DNA of 63,204 nt from positions 1 to 63,204 of the IMG/VR virus record IMGVR_UViG_3300030110_002592; one strand, 5' to 3'. This document shows positions 27,905 to 37,991 of the stretch, one piece after another; within the stretch, counting starts at the first letter, position 1; each line of letters begins with the position of its first letter. Below the pieces are notes generated by a model, which saw nothing but the letters and a program-made list of their open reading frames with translations, was not told the origin of the DNA and searched no databases. This DNA comes from a virus (lineage: Duplodnaviria; Caudoviricetes). The position numbers and the translations under genes were made by a program.

Positions 27905-29005
27905 TTATTTTCTTCTACTGCGAATTTTTAGTCCATTGTTATTACTAGAACTAGAAACCGCCTTAATTGACAAACCACCCTTATTCGTAGTCTCCGGTGT
28001 TCTTCTCAAAGACATATCTATGTTCTTTGCTTTTTTCGCATCGGATTCCACAGCATCAGCTTTACCTTGTTCATAAAAGAACTTAGCAAACTTATCCGGG
28101 TTCATCGCCATGGCCAAACTCCTATGATATTCATTAATATTCTCCATTAAACCATCTTTGTTAACATATTGTTCAATAAAGTTAACTATTGATGACTGAG
28201 AAGATTTTAACTCATCAGTTGCCCGAGGGGAATAAGTAACTTGTTTTCCATCAAGCTCGAAATTAAAACCTTTAAAATCGTTGTTAAATAGCTCGTTGGT
28301 TTTATTAAGAAACCATTCAGACCTTTTCGCCTTTTCCTCGTCTAAGGACTTTGACTCTTTGAGATAGGTTTTATAAGCATCTAAGTCTTCATCAGAAATA
28401 GAAGAACTGCTGTCCGATCTTGACTCAAGGGGAGCAGAGTATTGCTCTTGCATTTCTTTAAAGTATTTAGTAGCTTTTGCTACCTCTCTCTTTTTCGCTA
28501 ATTTCTGCTTACGAACAAAATCTTCATCGTCTAAATCTTCGTCATAGCCAAACTCGTTAACCATGGCGTTAATATCATCCGAATCAAGACCTTCTTCAGT
28601 ATGCTGATAATAATTAGCTAATATAGTATCAGGGTTTACTTGAGAATAGTCTTTATTTAATTTCATGTAGTCCTCAAGCGACCGCCCTGTTTCTTTCTTG
28701 TATTTAAAAAAAGCAGCTACATCTTCGGGTAATTCTTCAGATGTTTCTCGCTTTTCAAAAAACTCATCAAGAGAGTTAATTGGTTTACCATATCTTTCTC
28801 CAATATATGTAAGAACGTCTTCTTCTTTAAAAGTTGGTAGTTGTTCTTCTACTGCCGGTGTTGTTTCTTCTGTGGCAGCTACCACTGTTTCTTCCGGCTT
28901 GCTATCTTCAAACTGCTCTTCGTGTTTTTCTAATAGCTCTTTTTCAACTTCCTGTGTAGACTTTTGCTCTACATCTTCTAAAGATTTTACTGATTTAATT
29001 TTCAT
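27905..29005 (-). CDS. Capsid scaffolding protein
   Basis: Acidic helical protein between portal and capsid; MNPDKFAKFFYEQGKADAV. Confidence 0.7.
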   Translation of the reverse strand: MKIKSVKSLEDVEQKSTQEVEKELLEKHEEQFEDSKPEETVVAATEETTPAVEEQLPTFKEEDVLTYIGERYGKPINSLDEFFEKRETSEELPEDVAAFFKYKKETGRSLEDYMKLNKDYSQVNPDTILANYYQHTEEGLDSDDINAMVNEFGYDEDLDDEDFVRKQKLAKKREVAKATKYFKEMQEQYSAPLESRSDSSSSISDEDLDAYKTYLKESKSLDEEKAKRSEWFLNKTNELFNNDFKGFNFELDGKQVTYSPRATDELKSSQSSIVNFIEQYVNKDGLMENINEYHRSLAMAMNPDKFAKFFYEQGKADAVESDAKKAKNIDMSLRRTPETTNKGGLSIKAVSSSSNNNGLKIRSRRK

Positions 29006-29020
29006 TTGATTAGATTTTTA

Positions 29021-29028
29021 CAAAGTTA
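29021..29028 (-). promoter_or_regulatory. -7 promoter box (TAACTTTG) for the scaffold/capsid operon
   Basis: TAnnTTTG upstream of 29005. Confidence 0.65.
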
Positions 29029-29056
29029 TTAAAATTTTTTTAACATTTTTTAAAGA

Positions 29057-31495
29057 TTATCTTGGCTCAAATTGAGCTAAGTCAAATCCATCTAAAGTGT
29101 CTTCATTAGATTCAAATCTTTGTGGGGGCAAATTGTTCTTTCTTTGATTGATTAATCTAGACTGTTCGGTATTGGCCTGACTAATCCTATCTGCCTTTGC
29201 TTTTTCTCTTTGACTCTCTCTATTTTGAATTGAACTTTCTTCTGTGTCTTTTAAAATTCTATTGTACTTAAATTCTTCTGCCATTAATGATTTTTTCAAA
29301 TCTGCTTCTGCAGTAAGCTTTTCAATAGAAAAGGCAGTTTCAGCTTGTTTGACTTGAATGTCACGTTGAGCTTCCATTTCAATTTTTTGCATAGCACTTT
29401 GTGCAGCTACCTGTTGACTTTGTAGTTGCAATTGAGCTTGCATTTGTTGTTCAAGCATTTTTTGTTTTTGCTCCTGCTCTTGCTTTTGTTTACGTTTTAA
29501 TTTTAGCAATTGATTGGAAAGCTTAATGTTATTTATTTCTCTGATGTCAATAGCATCTTCAAGGCTGATATCATTTTTCGACAAGGCCATTTGAATGTTA
29601 GCTTCACGTTGTGCTTTTTCTTCAGCATCAGGAGATACTTCAATATAAATACCGAAATCATATAAGTATAAATCTTTAATATCATCTAATATAGCCACAT
29701 TGTATTGACCAATTTTATTTGCAAACTCTTCTTTAAAATCTGCATATTCAAGAACATCTGCAATTCTGCATGATAACCCTTCTGCTATTGACCTATAAAT
29801 ATATAAGCTTGCATCTAAGATATGTCTAGTAGCGGTATTAGAATTTAAAGCTGCTAATTTTTGAACGCCGACTAATGATCTTGGATCAGGAGTACTTCCA
29901 TCTCTTGCTTCATTTAATCCCGTTACTGCTCTAATCATATCTAAATAATGATTATAATTAAAAATTAAAGCTTGCATTTTAGATTGACCTGTGCTTCCTG
30001 TAAGTTGCTGAATAGGAACCCTAGCATTATTAAACTCTCCTTCCTGAGTATAACTTCTACCAATTACACTACCTGTTTGAAAATAAAGCCTCAGAGCATC
30101 TTCGGGATTGTAAGCGTTACCTGTACCCAAATCAACTTCATTAAGCCCGTCAGCATCAATAAACACGCCATCAGGAACCATTCTTGAAATTACTTGTTGA
30201 AGCTTTAAATGTGTTATTTGAATTAAATCTGCAAATGGCATCATCCGAGTTACTAATGACTCAATGTTGCCTTTATACATTCGTGGAGCAACCGCAATAT
30301 AATTAGGAGATACTTTTTGTGTAGATGATTTAGGTCTGACCATATTCTTTGCCATTTCCCATTTCAACATAATATTGGTTCCCATAACCATTACTCCTTC
30401 ATACCAAACCTCTATAGTCTTTTCAATTTTCTCAAACCCATTTTCTTCCATCATTTCTTCAGGAGGATTAAAGCTGTCATCTTTTTCAATAACTTTTACT
30501 GCGCCGTTTTCAGATGTTTTTTTCTTGTGAACAAACTTGTTTGTGGTTTTATATGTAAAATACATAAGAGTAGCTGAATCTCTAGCAAATAAACTATTCT
30601 CATAAAACTGAGCTACATTGTAATAATTATACCATGCTTGACTGTATTTTGCAATCTCATTTAAATCTTGATTAGTTAAAGTTGGGTCAATCTTAATTAA
30701 CTCCGTAATAGGTACAGTTTTAATTTCACCCCAATAAAAACAATCTTTGAAATGTGGGTCTTCTGTGTAGCTATAGACCACATTAGCAGGATCTACGTAT
30801 TCCACGGTAATTCCTGCACCCGGCAAAAACTGATGTTTTCCTATAGATATTCCTAAAGTTGCTAAATCATAATCAAATCTTTTACGTACGTCTTGATAGT
30901 GATTCTCATTCATTAAACTTGTTAGGGCAACTTCTTCGGCTATTTCAATAGCAGGTTTGTAATTCATTTGCATATACAAAGCCAACTCTTCATCTGTTTC
31001 GGGTAAGTTGTCAGGATCGTCAGAAAAAGGATTAATATTAAAAGATTCAGACAAAACCATTAACATATCTTTAGCCGCCATTTGGCCCTGAATCATTTGT
31101 TGGTACTTGTCTTTTTTCTCAGAAGACATTGCATCTTGGGCTTCTGCTTTTATTTTAAAAATCCTATCTGCCATGCCATTGACTACAATATCTACAAACT
31201 TAGGCAAGATAGGTACAGGAGTCCAATCTAAATTTAAATATGACAAATCGCCATCAATAGCTAGTTCGTTTTTATATTTAGCAATTGACTGTTCACCACG
31301 AGCATACATTCGCCTGCGATAAAACTCATTCCATTGATTATAAAATCTACAATTTATATTGCTGTCTTTTCTAAACCATTCGTATTGTATAGCTTGGCCG
31401 ATTTGTAATCCATACTCCATAGTTTTTTTCTCCGAATCAGATGCAAACTGAGCCGGGAAACCTGTTGGATTTATATTTATTTCTACCTCTTTCAT
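29057..31495 (-). CDS. Portal protein
   Basis: 812 aa directly after terminase; LDWTPVPILPKFVDIVVNG, TGLNEARDGS; Gln-rich C-terminal barrel. Confidence 0.85.
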   Translation of the reverse strand: MKEVEININPTGFPAQFASDSEKKTMEYGLQIGQAIQYEWFRKDSNINCRFYNQWNEFYRRRMYARGEQSIAKYKNELAIDGDLSYLNLDWTPVPILPKFVDIVVNGMADRIFKIKAEAQDAMSSEKKDKYQQMIQGQMAAKDMLMVLSESFNINPFSDDPDNLPETDEELALYMQMNYKPAIEIAEEVALTSLMNENHYQDVRKRFDYDLATLGISIGKHQFLPGAGITVEYVDPANVVYSYTEDPHFKDCFYWGEIKTVPITELIKIDPTLTNQDLNEIAKYSQAWYNYYNVAQFYENSLFARDSATLMYFTYKTTNKFVHKKKTSENGAVKVIEKDDSFNPPEEMMEENGFEKIEKTIEVWYEGVMVMGTNIMLKWEMAKNMVRPKSSTQKVSPNYIAVAPRMYKGNIESLVTRMMPFADLIQITHLKLQQVISRMVPDGVFIDADGLNEVDLGTGNAYNPEDALRLYFQTGSVIGRSYTQEGEFNNARVPIQQLTGSTGQSKMQALIFNYNHYLDMIRAVTGLNEARDGSTPDPRSLVGVQKLAALNSNTATRHILDASLYIYRSIAEGLSCRIADVLEYADFKEEFANKIGQYNVAILDDIKDLYLYDFGIYIEVSPDAEEKAQREANIQMALSKNDISLEDAIDIREINNIKLSNQLLKLKRKQKQEQEQKQKMLEQQMQAQLQLQSQQVAAQSAMQKIEMEAQRDIQVKQAETAFSIEKLTAEADLKKSLMAEEFKYNRILKDTEESSIQNRESQREKAKADRISQANTEQSRLINQRKNNLPPQRFESNEDTLDGFDLAQFEPR

Positions 31496-33744
31496 TATAT
31501 CATTAATTGACTTGTATTACCCTTATTATTATATCTAGCAAAGTTAACGCTTATTTTTGACTGTTGTTTTACAGGTGTATATAGATGTCTTTGATTGGCC
31601 ATAATGGCTAAACCTGAACTAATCGTAGCATCAAATTTTGTTCTGTTGGCAATATTAAATTTTGCCCAATCTTCTAGTGTTCTTGTGAAAGGCATTGTCC
31701 CCATTTCATCTCTATCACGATATATAGCTTCTAAGTCTAGACCTACATATTTTTCAATATAAGACTCAATAGCAGATGCATGAGATTGCTTTACATCTTC
31801 TGAGGAGTTGGGGATGCCCCCTAATTCTTTTTCTGTAATAGATAGTTTGTGTGCTTGCTTGTCGGGCCTGTTCATAGAAAAATATCTATATCCTCTATTT
31901 TTAAAGTGATATAATAATCTTGGTTTATTGTTTTCTATTAATATAGGCATACCATAAAACACACAAGCCATTAACACTTCTTCAAAAAATATTTCTGCTG
32001 TCTGTGGACGAGCGCAGTATTCTAAAAAAAACTCATTGCTTGGAGCATTTTCCATATTGAATTTTGTTAGTCCATGCAATGCCCCATTAGATGCACCGCC
32101 ACCAACTGTTCCGGAAATGTCATAACTATCACATCCAAAAGCGCCAATGTGTTCATTGCCGGGAAACTTTTTTCCTCTCTTATCTATAATCCTATTTTGT
32201 AAATTAGCAGGTGGCAACCAACTAACTAAAAACCTACCTTTAGGATTAGGATGCCATACTACCTTTGTATCTTTTACTCCATTCAACCAACTAAATGTGC
32301 CTCTTGTTAAAAAATGTTTAGATATTAAAGAATCGTTGTAATCGATCTGTTGATATATCTTGGTGAGGTTGAATAGTGAAGCACGACTTTCATCTCTAAA
32401 TGCGTGGGATTCTGTTTTTGGAAACTGACGATAAAACTCATTTAATGCATCTGCATCGTTTTTTAATGACTCTACTTCGTTTTCCCAATAAGTTAAAGCA
32501 CCCATTGAGATGTAAGAATTGTCAATGCCTTTTATTTTTTCTTTAGGATTTTTAAATACAGGATAGCCATAGCGATCAATGTATCCTTCAAAATTCCACT
32601 CCATAGGTACAAACAGATTGTATAATCCACTTTTGGTTTGTCCATTCGAGTTGCGAGTAGCTATATCTGAATCTTCATAAAGCTTTTTAAAATTAGAGCC
32701 TCCTTTATCTAAAGCATTAGATGTAGACCCCATCATACACTTGCCAATAATTTTACTTCCTAATCTCAAACACGTTTTCGTAACCCTCCAATTATTTAAA
32801 ATATTATCAGGCTTCATCCATTTACCGCTTTCATCATGTACTAACAACAAAAGCTTTTCTCCATCATAACTATTATCAGAAGTGTTCTTCCAATCAATAG
32901 TAGTGTCAAGACCTGTAATCTCTCCTGAAGACAAGTCGTACATATTCTTCTTAGTAATCTTACTTGCAGGAACCCTATACGCTAATTCTGTTTTTGGTTT
33001 ATCCATACCATCTTGTATAGGTTTAAAGAAGAAAGGATAGTTAGTAGATATAGGAACAATCTTGTCTGTAAAAAGTTTTTTAGCATCCGAGCCTGTTTTA
33101 GACAAAACACCTATCCTAGAATCTTTTGCTAATGTAGCTTGGTTTACTGATTCAGCCGCACCCATAAATGAAAATCCCGAACGTCTTATTTTTAAATAAC
33201 ACATTCCAAAACATCTATTGTCTGCTTTACACGCTTCCCAAAAAATAAAAAATATCCTGTTAGCTTCTCTAAATTCAGGATATCCTACATCAATCTTAGT
33301 CCATTGTAAATACATATAATGACTGCCTGTTAAATACGTAGGCTTGCCATTATTCATAAACCAATAGCCATATTCTCTATTATCAAATTCTTCTTCAATG
33401 TAGTCTACCCAATTGTTTTTAAAAGCAGGAGCCATTTCATTCCATTGAAAAATACTCTGTATTTTTAATAAGTCTTTAGGAACAGGAAGTCTTTGCCAAT
33501 ACTGTTCTTTTGGTTCTTTGTTTGAAAATAAACAAACTTCGGGCGCTAATGGTAATGCAATATATAAACCATTAATATGGTATATATCTCCAATGGTTCC
33601 ATTTTTAGAAATGACAACAACATCGTATTTTTCATTATATCCATACGACCATGTTTTGGATTTGTTTTTACGAGCAACAACCCCTTTCGGTATATAGTCT
33701 TTTACTTCCGCATATAGTTCTTTATTTTGATCTTCTTTCTGCAA
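31495..33744 (-). CDS. terL: Terminase large subunit
   Basis: Walker A-like LKIRRSGFS, Walker B LLVHDESGK, nuclease GCDSYD and IENNK motifs. Confidence 0.9.
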   Translation of the reverse strand: MQKEDQNKELYAEVKDYIPKGVVARKNKSKTWSYGYNEKYDVVVISKNGTIGDIYHINGLYIALPLAPEVCLFSNKEPKEQYWQRLPVPKDLLKIQSIFQWNEMAPAFKNNWVDYIEEEFDNREYGYWFMNNGKPTYLTGSHYMYLQWTKIDVGYPEFREANRIFFIFWEACKADNRCFGMCYLKIRRSGFSFMGAAESVNQATLAKDSRIGVLSKTGSDAKKLFTDKIVPISTNYPFFFKPIQDGMDKPKTELAYRVPASKITKKNMYDLSSGEITGLDTTIDWKNTSDNSYDGEKLLLLVHDESGKWMKPDNILNNWRVTKTCLRLGSKIIGKCMMGSTSNALDKGGSNFKKLYEDSDIATRNSNGQTKSGLYNLFVPMEWNFEGYIDRYGYPVFKNPKEKIKGIDNSYISMGALTYWENEVESLKNDADALNEFYRQFPKTESHAFRDESRASLFNLTKIYQQIDYNDSLISKHFLTRGTFSWLNGVKDTKVVWHPNPKGRFLVSWLPPANLQNRIIDKRGKKFPGNEHIGAFGCDSYDISGTVGGGASNGALHGLTKFNMENAPSNEFFLEYCARPQTAEIFFEEVLMACVFYGMPILIENNKPRLLYHFKNRGYRYFSMNRPDKQAHKLSITEKELGGIPNSSEDVKQSHASAIESYIEKYVGLDLEAIYRDRDEMGTMPFTRTLEDWAKFNIANRTKFDATISSGLAIMANQRHLYTPVKQQSKISVNFARYNNKGNTSQLMI

Positions 33745-34003
33745 ACCCTTGTTTTGTATCTATTGCATTAAAACCATTGTTTACCGCATTAATGTTTTCT
33801 TGCTCAGACTGTATTTTATTTAATATATCAAACGCATCAAAAATGCAAAGCTTTTTAGTAGCCGCAGCATTTTTTAATCTATCAGCAGCAAGTTCATCTT
33901 CAGGATCAGGCTTAATTATTTTTTCTTTAGCTACTTTTATAAGTTGTTCGACAGCTACATAACCTGCATCAATAATTGATTTTTTTAATTCGCCATCTGT
34001 CAT
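33722..34003 (-). CDS. Putative terminase small subunit
   Basis: Small helical gene overlapping the terL start; ADRLKNAAATKKL. Confidence 0.45.
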   Translation of the reverse strand: MTDGELKKSIIDAGYVAVEQLIKVAKEKIIKPDPEDELAADRLKNAAATKKLCIFDAFDILNKIQSEQENINAVNNGFNAIDTKQGFAERRSK

Positions 34004-34563
34004 AATACTACTGCTATGTTATTAGTAAACATACGATAAAGCTTTTCCCCATCTACTGTAAACTCATATTCGCTGTTAGGTTCAAAGCAAACTGTATCGC
34101 CTTCTTTTACACCTAAATTTAACAATTCTTCATTAGAATATTTAATAGTTCCCTTCAAAGGTTCTTCTTTTGTAAACTTAGAAATGTAATACTCTTCTTC
34201 TTCTAAAGGTTTTACAAAACAGTATTTAGAATGAGACTTCCATTGATTGTTGTGTTTGTAAAGAAAAAATTGTTCTTCATCAAGTAAAAACAAATTGTCT
34301 TTAAAAAAACTCTTTCCACTTTTTTCTCTGCCTTTCATGTCGTAATACAACTTAAAAACATTATGGTGTACAAGGAGGGTATCTCCTTTTTGTATCTCTC
34401 CATCATATTTTACAGGAGTAGCTACCACTTCTGCAAATCTATTACTAAACATATGGTCTTCTTGAGAGGTGCTAACGACAAGCTCTCGTTCTCCCACTTC
34501 TATAGTATTGCTGTATCTTTTATTCTTTACAGGTTTTACAATAAAATAAAATGGTGACTTCAT
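34000..34563 (-). CDS. Tandem GroES-like (Cpn10) co-chaperonin
   Basis: Two GroES-like units: FIVKP...AEVVA..IQKGDTLL and CFVKP...GTIKY..GVKEGDTV.F....EFTVDGEKLYRM...I. Confidence 0.65.
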   Translation of the reverse strand: MKSPFYFIVKPVKNKRYSNTIEVGERELVVSTSQEDHMFSNRFAEVVATPVKYDGEIQKGDTLLVHHNVFKLYYDMKGREKSGKSFFKDNLFLLDEEQFFLYKHNNQWKSHSKYCFVKPLEEEEYYISKFTKEEPLKGTIKYSNEELLNLGVKEGDTVCFEPNSEYEFTVDGEKLYRMFTNNIAVVL

Positions 34564-34919
34564 CTTTTTCTTTTTATCGGTGAAACTTTTTTGCCTCCGG
34601 CTCCTTGTTTTCCAATACGAGATTTTTCTCTTTGTTTGCTTTTTAATGTAGATGAAGACATTTCAGACTTAGTAACAGGAGTCTTAGAAGAAACTCGTCT
34701 TGAAGGTCTGCAGTATTCGCTTCTACCTCCCGTACCACAAGGTTTTCCTGTTCTCGTATCTATCCATTTTTCAGCACCCCATCTTTTTAAATTAGAACCG
34801 GCCTTGGTTTTTCTTACTTGTCCTTTAGATTTCCTACATTTAGCGGTAGCTTGAGCAGCTCGTGCAGACCACTTTCCGTATTGTTTCATTATCTTTTTAT
34901 AACAAGCATCTTTTGGCAT
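34560..34919 (-). CDS. Small highly basic Cys-containing protein
   Basis: LKRW.AEKWID..TGKPCG..YCRPSRRVSSKTP; K/R-rich. Confidence 0.7.
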   Translation of the reverse strand: MPKDACYKKIMKQYGKWSARAAQATAKCRKSKGQVRKTKAGSNLKRWGAEKWIDTRTGKPCGTGGRSEYCRPSRRVSSKTPVTKSEMSSSTLKSKQREKSRIGKQGAGGKKVSPIKRKR

Positions 34920-34936
34920 GACTTTTAATTTACAAA

Positions 34937-35164
34937 TTATTTAACAAATCCAATATTGTATTCTATAGAAACAGGCATTGTAGCATTAAAAGATTTCCAT
35001 AAAACTATTTCATCATTTTTAATGATCCATATTTTAAATATATTCTTTAAATCATCTTTTTGAATATGATGAATTTTATATGTCCCTAACACTTCCTGAC
35101 CTACAATATAATGCATCGCCCCCGACTTATAATCAGGGCCGACAGAAATCTTTCTAATATCCAT
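34937..35164 (-). CDS. Hypothetical protein
   Basis: ORF MDIRKISVGPDYK..MHYIVGQ with A-rich leader. Confidence 0.7.
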   Translation of the reverse strand: MDIRKISVGPDYKSGAMHYIVGQEVLGTYKIHHIQKDDLKNIFKIWIIKNDEIVLWKSFNATMPVSIEYNIGFVK

Positions 35165-35174
35165 TTAATTTAAT

Positions 35175-36215
35175 TTATGCGGTACGTATCGCTATTGTCG
35201 CAGGATCGGCTGCTGCACCACCTGTTGGGCCTACTACATACAATCCTCCAATTGGAACATTGATTGCCGCTGCGCCTGCGTTATTAGGAGCTTGAAGCAA
35301 GGCTGTATTTCCATAAGCTGCACCTATAGTACTAGAAAAAGCCACACTGCCAACTATACTAGCATTAGCTCCCTTACCCAAAGCGACTGCACTTGTATTA
35401 GCAATAGACTCAGCCCCCAATGCTGTAGCACCCGTTGTGCTTGCTGCTGTAGGTCTTGACTGTGACCCTACAACAGTATTGCCATCGCCATCTATAGTGT
35501 TATTAGCTGCTTGCCATCCAATAGCTGTGTTTTCTCTTGCTGTAGTAGCAGAGGCCATGCCCTCAAAACCAACGACTGTGTTTTGATGGTTAGCAGCAGT
35601 TGGGCCTGCACTAGCTCCTATGTAAACACTTTCGGTTGTAGCTTTTTTTCCTGCATTATAGCCAACAACAACATTATTATTGTTTGTGGCCTCTTTACCT
35701 GCATCTGCGCCAATAAACACATTATTGTCAACACCAACAGAAGTAGAAGAACCTGCATTCCTTCCAATTGCAGTATTAGAATTACCTGTTGTAATAGAAA
35801 GTAAGGACTGATATCCTACTGCAGTATTGTTTTGCGCTCCCAAAGCAGCGTATAAACTCTCAAGACCAATCGCTGTATTTTTTGACCCTACTACTAATGC
35901 CCCTTGATTTAAACTATCAAGTCCATAAGAAAGATTTAATTCTCCATGAGGATGCCTTGCATCTACATAAATTAAACTATTTATAGTAGTTGTACCTGTG
36001 GTGGTAAAATTTCCCGTTAAAGTTAAACTTTGTGTAGCACTATTACCCGCATCTAAAACCTCTTGGAGAGTAACTTGTCCATCTATAGCGTTAGCTAAAT
36101 CTTGAACAGTAAATGTTTTCGTTGATAAATCTGAAGCATCTGTACCTATGAGATAGTCAGTTACTGCAACAGGACTTTGATTAGGATACGCGCTAGTATT
36201 GGAAATTTTAGCCAT
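35175..36215 (-). CDS. Fibre protein with trimeric-autotransporter (YadA)-head-like repeats
   Basis: Repeated NTAIG/NTAVG/NVFIG units; TLQEVLDAGN. Confidence 0.7.
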   Translation of the reverse strand: MAKISNTSAYPNQSPVAVTDYLIGTDASDLSTKTFTVQDLANAIDGQVTLQEVLDAGNSATQSLTLTGNFTTTGTTTINSLIYVDARHPHGELNLSYGLDSLNQGALVVGSKNTAIGLESLYAALGAQNNTAVGYQSLLSITTGNSNTAIGRNAGSSTSVGVDNNVFIGADAGKEATNNNNVVVGYNAGKKATTESVYIGASAGPTAANHQNTVVGFEGMASATTARENTAIGWQAANNTIDGDGNTVVGSQSRPTAASTTGATALGAESIANTSAVALGKGANASIVGSVAFSSTIGAAYGNTALLQAPNNAGAAAINVPIGGLYVVGPTGGAAADPATIAIRTA

Positions 36216-36462
36216 TTTTTTCTTTCTTTGTTATTTCACCTGTCTGTAAATTAATTACAGATTCGGCTCCATATTTTTCTACTAATTTTTTTTCTTCTTC
36301 ACCAAAAGATGTACGTAACACTCTGACTTCTCCCATGACTTCATGCTTTTGTATTTCCAATTCACCAAGGATACCTTTTAATTGTTTAAACTTTGTGTCT
36401 AAAGTTCTAAGGGTTTCTAATTCGTTGTCTTCTAGTTTTGCTTTTAACTCTACAGTTTTCAT
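36208..36462 (-). CDS. Coiled-coil protein, possible fibre chaperone
   Basis: LGELEIQKH...LVEKYG...INLQTGEI. Confidence 0.6.
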   Translation of the reverse strand: MKTVELKAKLEDNELETLRTLDTKFKQLKGILGELEIQKHEVMGEVRVLRTSFGEEEKKLVEKYGAESVINLQTGEITKKEKNG

Positions 36463-36482
36463 TTGATTAAATTTAGTTTATA

Positions 36483-36490
36483 CAAAGATA
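36483..36490 (-). promoter_or_regulatory. -7 promoter box (TATCTTTG)
   Basis: TAnnTTTG upstream of 36462. Confidence 0.6.
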
Positions 36491-36748
36491 TTAAAATAAT
36501 TCTAACAATTCTTCAAGTTGTTCTACGCTAATCCATCCGGCTAATACAGCAATTAATAACACTACAGGAACTAAAGAAGATGCTACTTCTAAATAAGGAA
36601 TTTCACCACTTTTGCTTTCTTGAGTTTCTTGAATTGTTTTTGTTACAGCACCACCTACTACAGCGTGATCAACAAATGTAAGTAAACCTTTACCTATTTT
36701 TTTTAATTGTTTTTTTAAGATTAATTCTTTTAATATTTTCATAATCAT
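36491..36748 (-). CDS. Putative holin/membrane protein
   Basis: C-terminal hydrophobic helix; near the amidase. Confidence 0.45.
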   Translation of the reverse strand: MIMKILKELILKKQLKKIGKGLLTFVDHAVVGGAVTKTIQETQESKSGEIPYLEVASSLVPVVLLIAVLAGWISVEQLEELLELF

Positions 36749-36772
36749 TTTCTTTTATATTTATAAAATTTT

Positions 36773-37078
36773 TTAGCTTCCGTATTTACCTCTTCGTGAT
36801 TTAGGAGAACTTTGCGTAGATCCACCCTTTCCTGCCCATAGTTTTTTACAGGCCCAATAACGCGCTGTTAATTTAGATTTAGCAGAACTACATCTATGTC
36901 TTGCTTTAAAACTTTTTCGAGCCGCAGACGAGTAGTTGTGGCCATAACCTTTAGCGCCAAAATGAATAATCTTTTCTGTGCCACCCTCACAAGCTTTTAC
37001 CATTTTCTTTTTCCCGGGTCTTGTTGATGGCCTTACTTTGTTACAGGCCATAGATGATTTATCTACTCTTTTTGCCAT
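36773..37078 (-). CDS. Small basic protein
   Basis: IIHFGAKGY..ARKSFKARH.C....LTARYW. Confidence 0.7.
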   Translation of the reverse strand: MAKRVDKSSMACNKVRPSTRPGKKKMVKACEGGTEKIIHFGAKGYGHNYSSAARKSFKARHRCSSAKSKLTARYWACKKLWAGKGGSTQSSPKSRRGKYGS

Positions 37079-37080
37079 AA

Positions 37081-37521
37081 CTAAATATTTTTGTATTCTT
37101 TGTAAGCATCAAAAGAAGGACACGCTTTAACAGAAAAATCTCTGTGTCCATGAACAATAGCTTTAGGATGCATCTTTTTTAAAAACAACAATAAAGAAAA
37201 CAAAGAAGTTTTTTGTTTGTCAGTACGTGTATCCTTAGGATTCATGTCTTTATCACATCCCCCTATATAACAAACTCCAATAGAACTTTTATTGTGGCCT
37301 TTACAATGTGCGCCTATTCTATCTACCATTCTGCCATACTCAATACTTCCATCAAGCTTTATAACATAATGATATCCTATGCCTGACCATCCTCGATCTT
37401 TGTGCCACTTATCAATAGTATCAGCATCAATATCCTGACCTTCTCTTGTAGCAGAGCAATGAACAATTATTTTATCTATGTTTCTCACAGGATGTTTGTT
37501 TATATATTTATCATACCACAT
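37081..37521 (-). CDS. Endolysin, N-acetylmuramoyl-L-alanine amidase (T7 lysozyme-like)
   Basis: IIVHCSAT, GWSGIGYHYVI, GAHCKGHN, HGHRDF..KACPSFD Zn-amidase motifs. Confidence 0.92.
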   Translation of the reverse strand: MWYDKYINKHPVRNIDKIIVHCSATREGQDIDADTIDKWHKDRGWSGIGYHYVIKLDGSIEYGRMVDRIGAHCKGHNKSSIGVCYIGGCDKDMNPKDTRTDKQKTSLFSLLLFLKKMHPKAIVHGHRDFSVKACPSFDAYKEYKNI

Positions 37522-37801
37522 TAACGGTTACGTCTTTTTTGTCTTTTCTTTTTTCTTTCTTCTAGTTTTCTTTTTAATCGATCTAGCTTTGTCTCCATTT
37601 TGTGTAAGCTATGCATTTGGGAGTCCACAGATTTTTGGCATTTTTTTTTACTACACTTACTGTGTCTAAGATAATCAAAGTATCCTTCTCCTCTATATAC
37701 TCTATAACCACAGTATCAACAGGATCACTGCTTGACGGAGGACTATCAGAACTGCAACTAGCTATTGCTAATAAAATCAATGATATGCTTATATATCTCA
37801 T
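37521..37801 (-). CDS. Lipoprotein (o-spanin-like); 72 aa in frame 0 (stop 37583), 93 aa with a -1 shift at the A9 run
   Basis: Signal peptide with lipobox IASC; the -1 frame ends in TAATG overlapping the amidase start. Confidence 0.55.
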
Positions 37802-37991
37802 CGGTCTTTTGTTGTACGTTCTTTAATCTTTCCTCTAGCCTGATCACAGCTTCGCTGTTAGTCTCTAGAACCTCTACCTTTTTTTCTAACTCATCTAGCC
37901 TATAGCTAGTGGTATAATAGAATCCTACTAGGGTGCAAACAAACACCCCAATAGTTCCTAAGTATTGTACGTCTAGCTTAATCTGTTTCAT
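37758..37991 (-). CDS. TM plus coiled-coil protein (i-spanin- or holin-like)
   Basis: Single N-terminal TM followed by heptads; overlaps the lipoprotein gene by 44 nt. Confidence 0.55.
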   Translation of the reverse strand: MKQIKLDVQYLGTIGVFVCTLVGFYYTTSYRLDELEKKVEVLETNSEAVIRLEERLKNVQQKTDEIYKHIIDFISNS

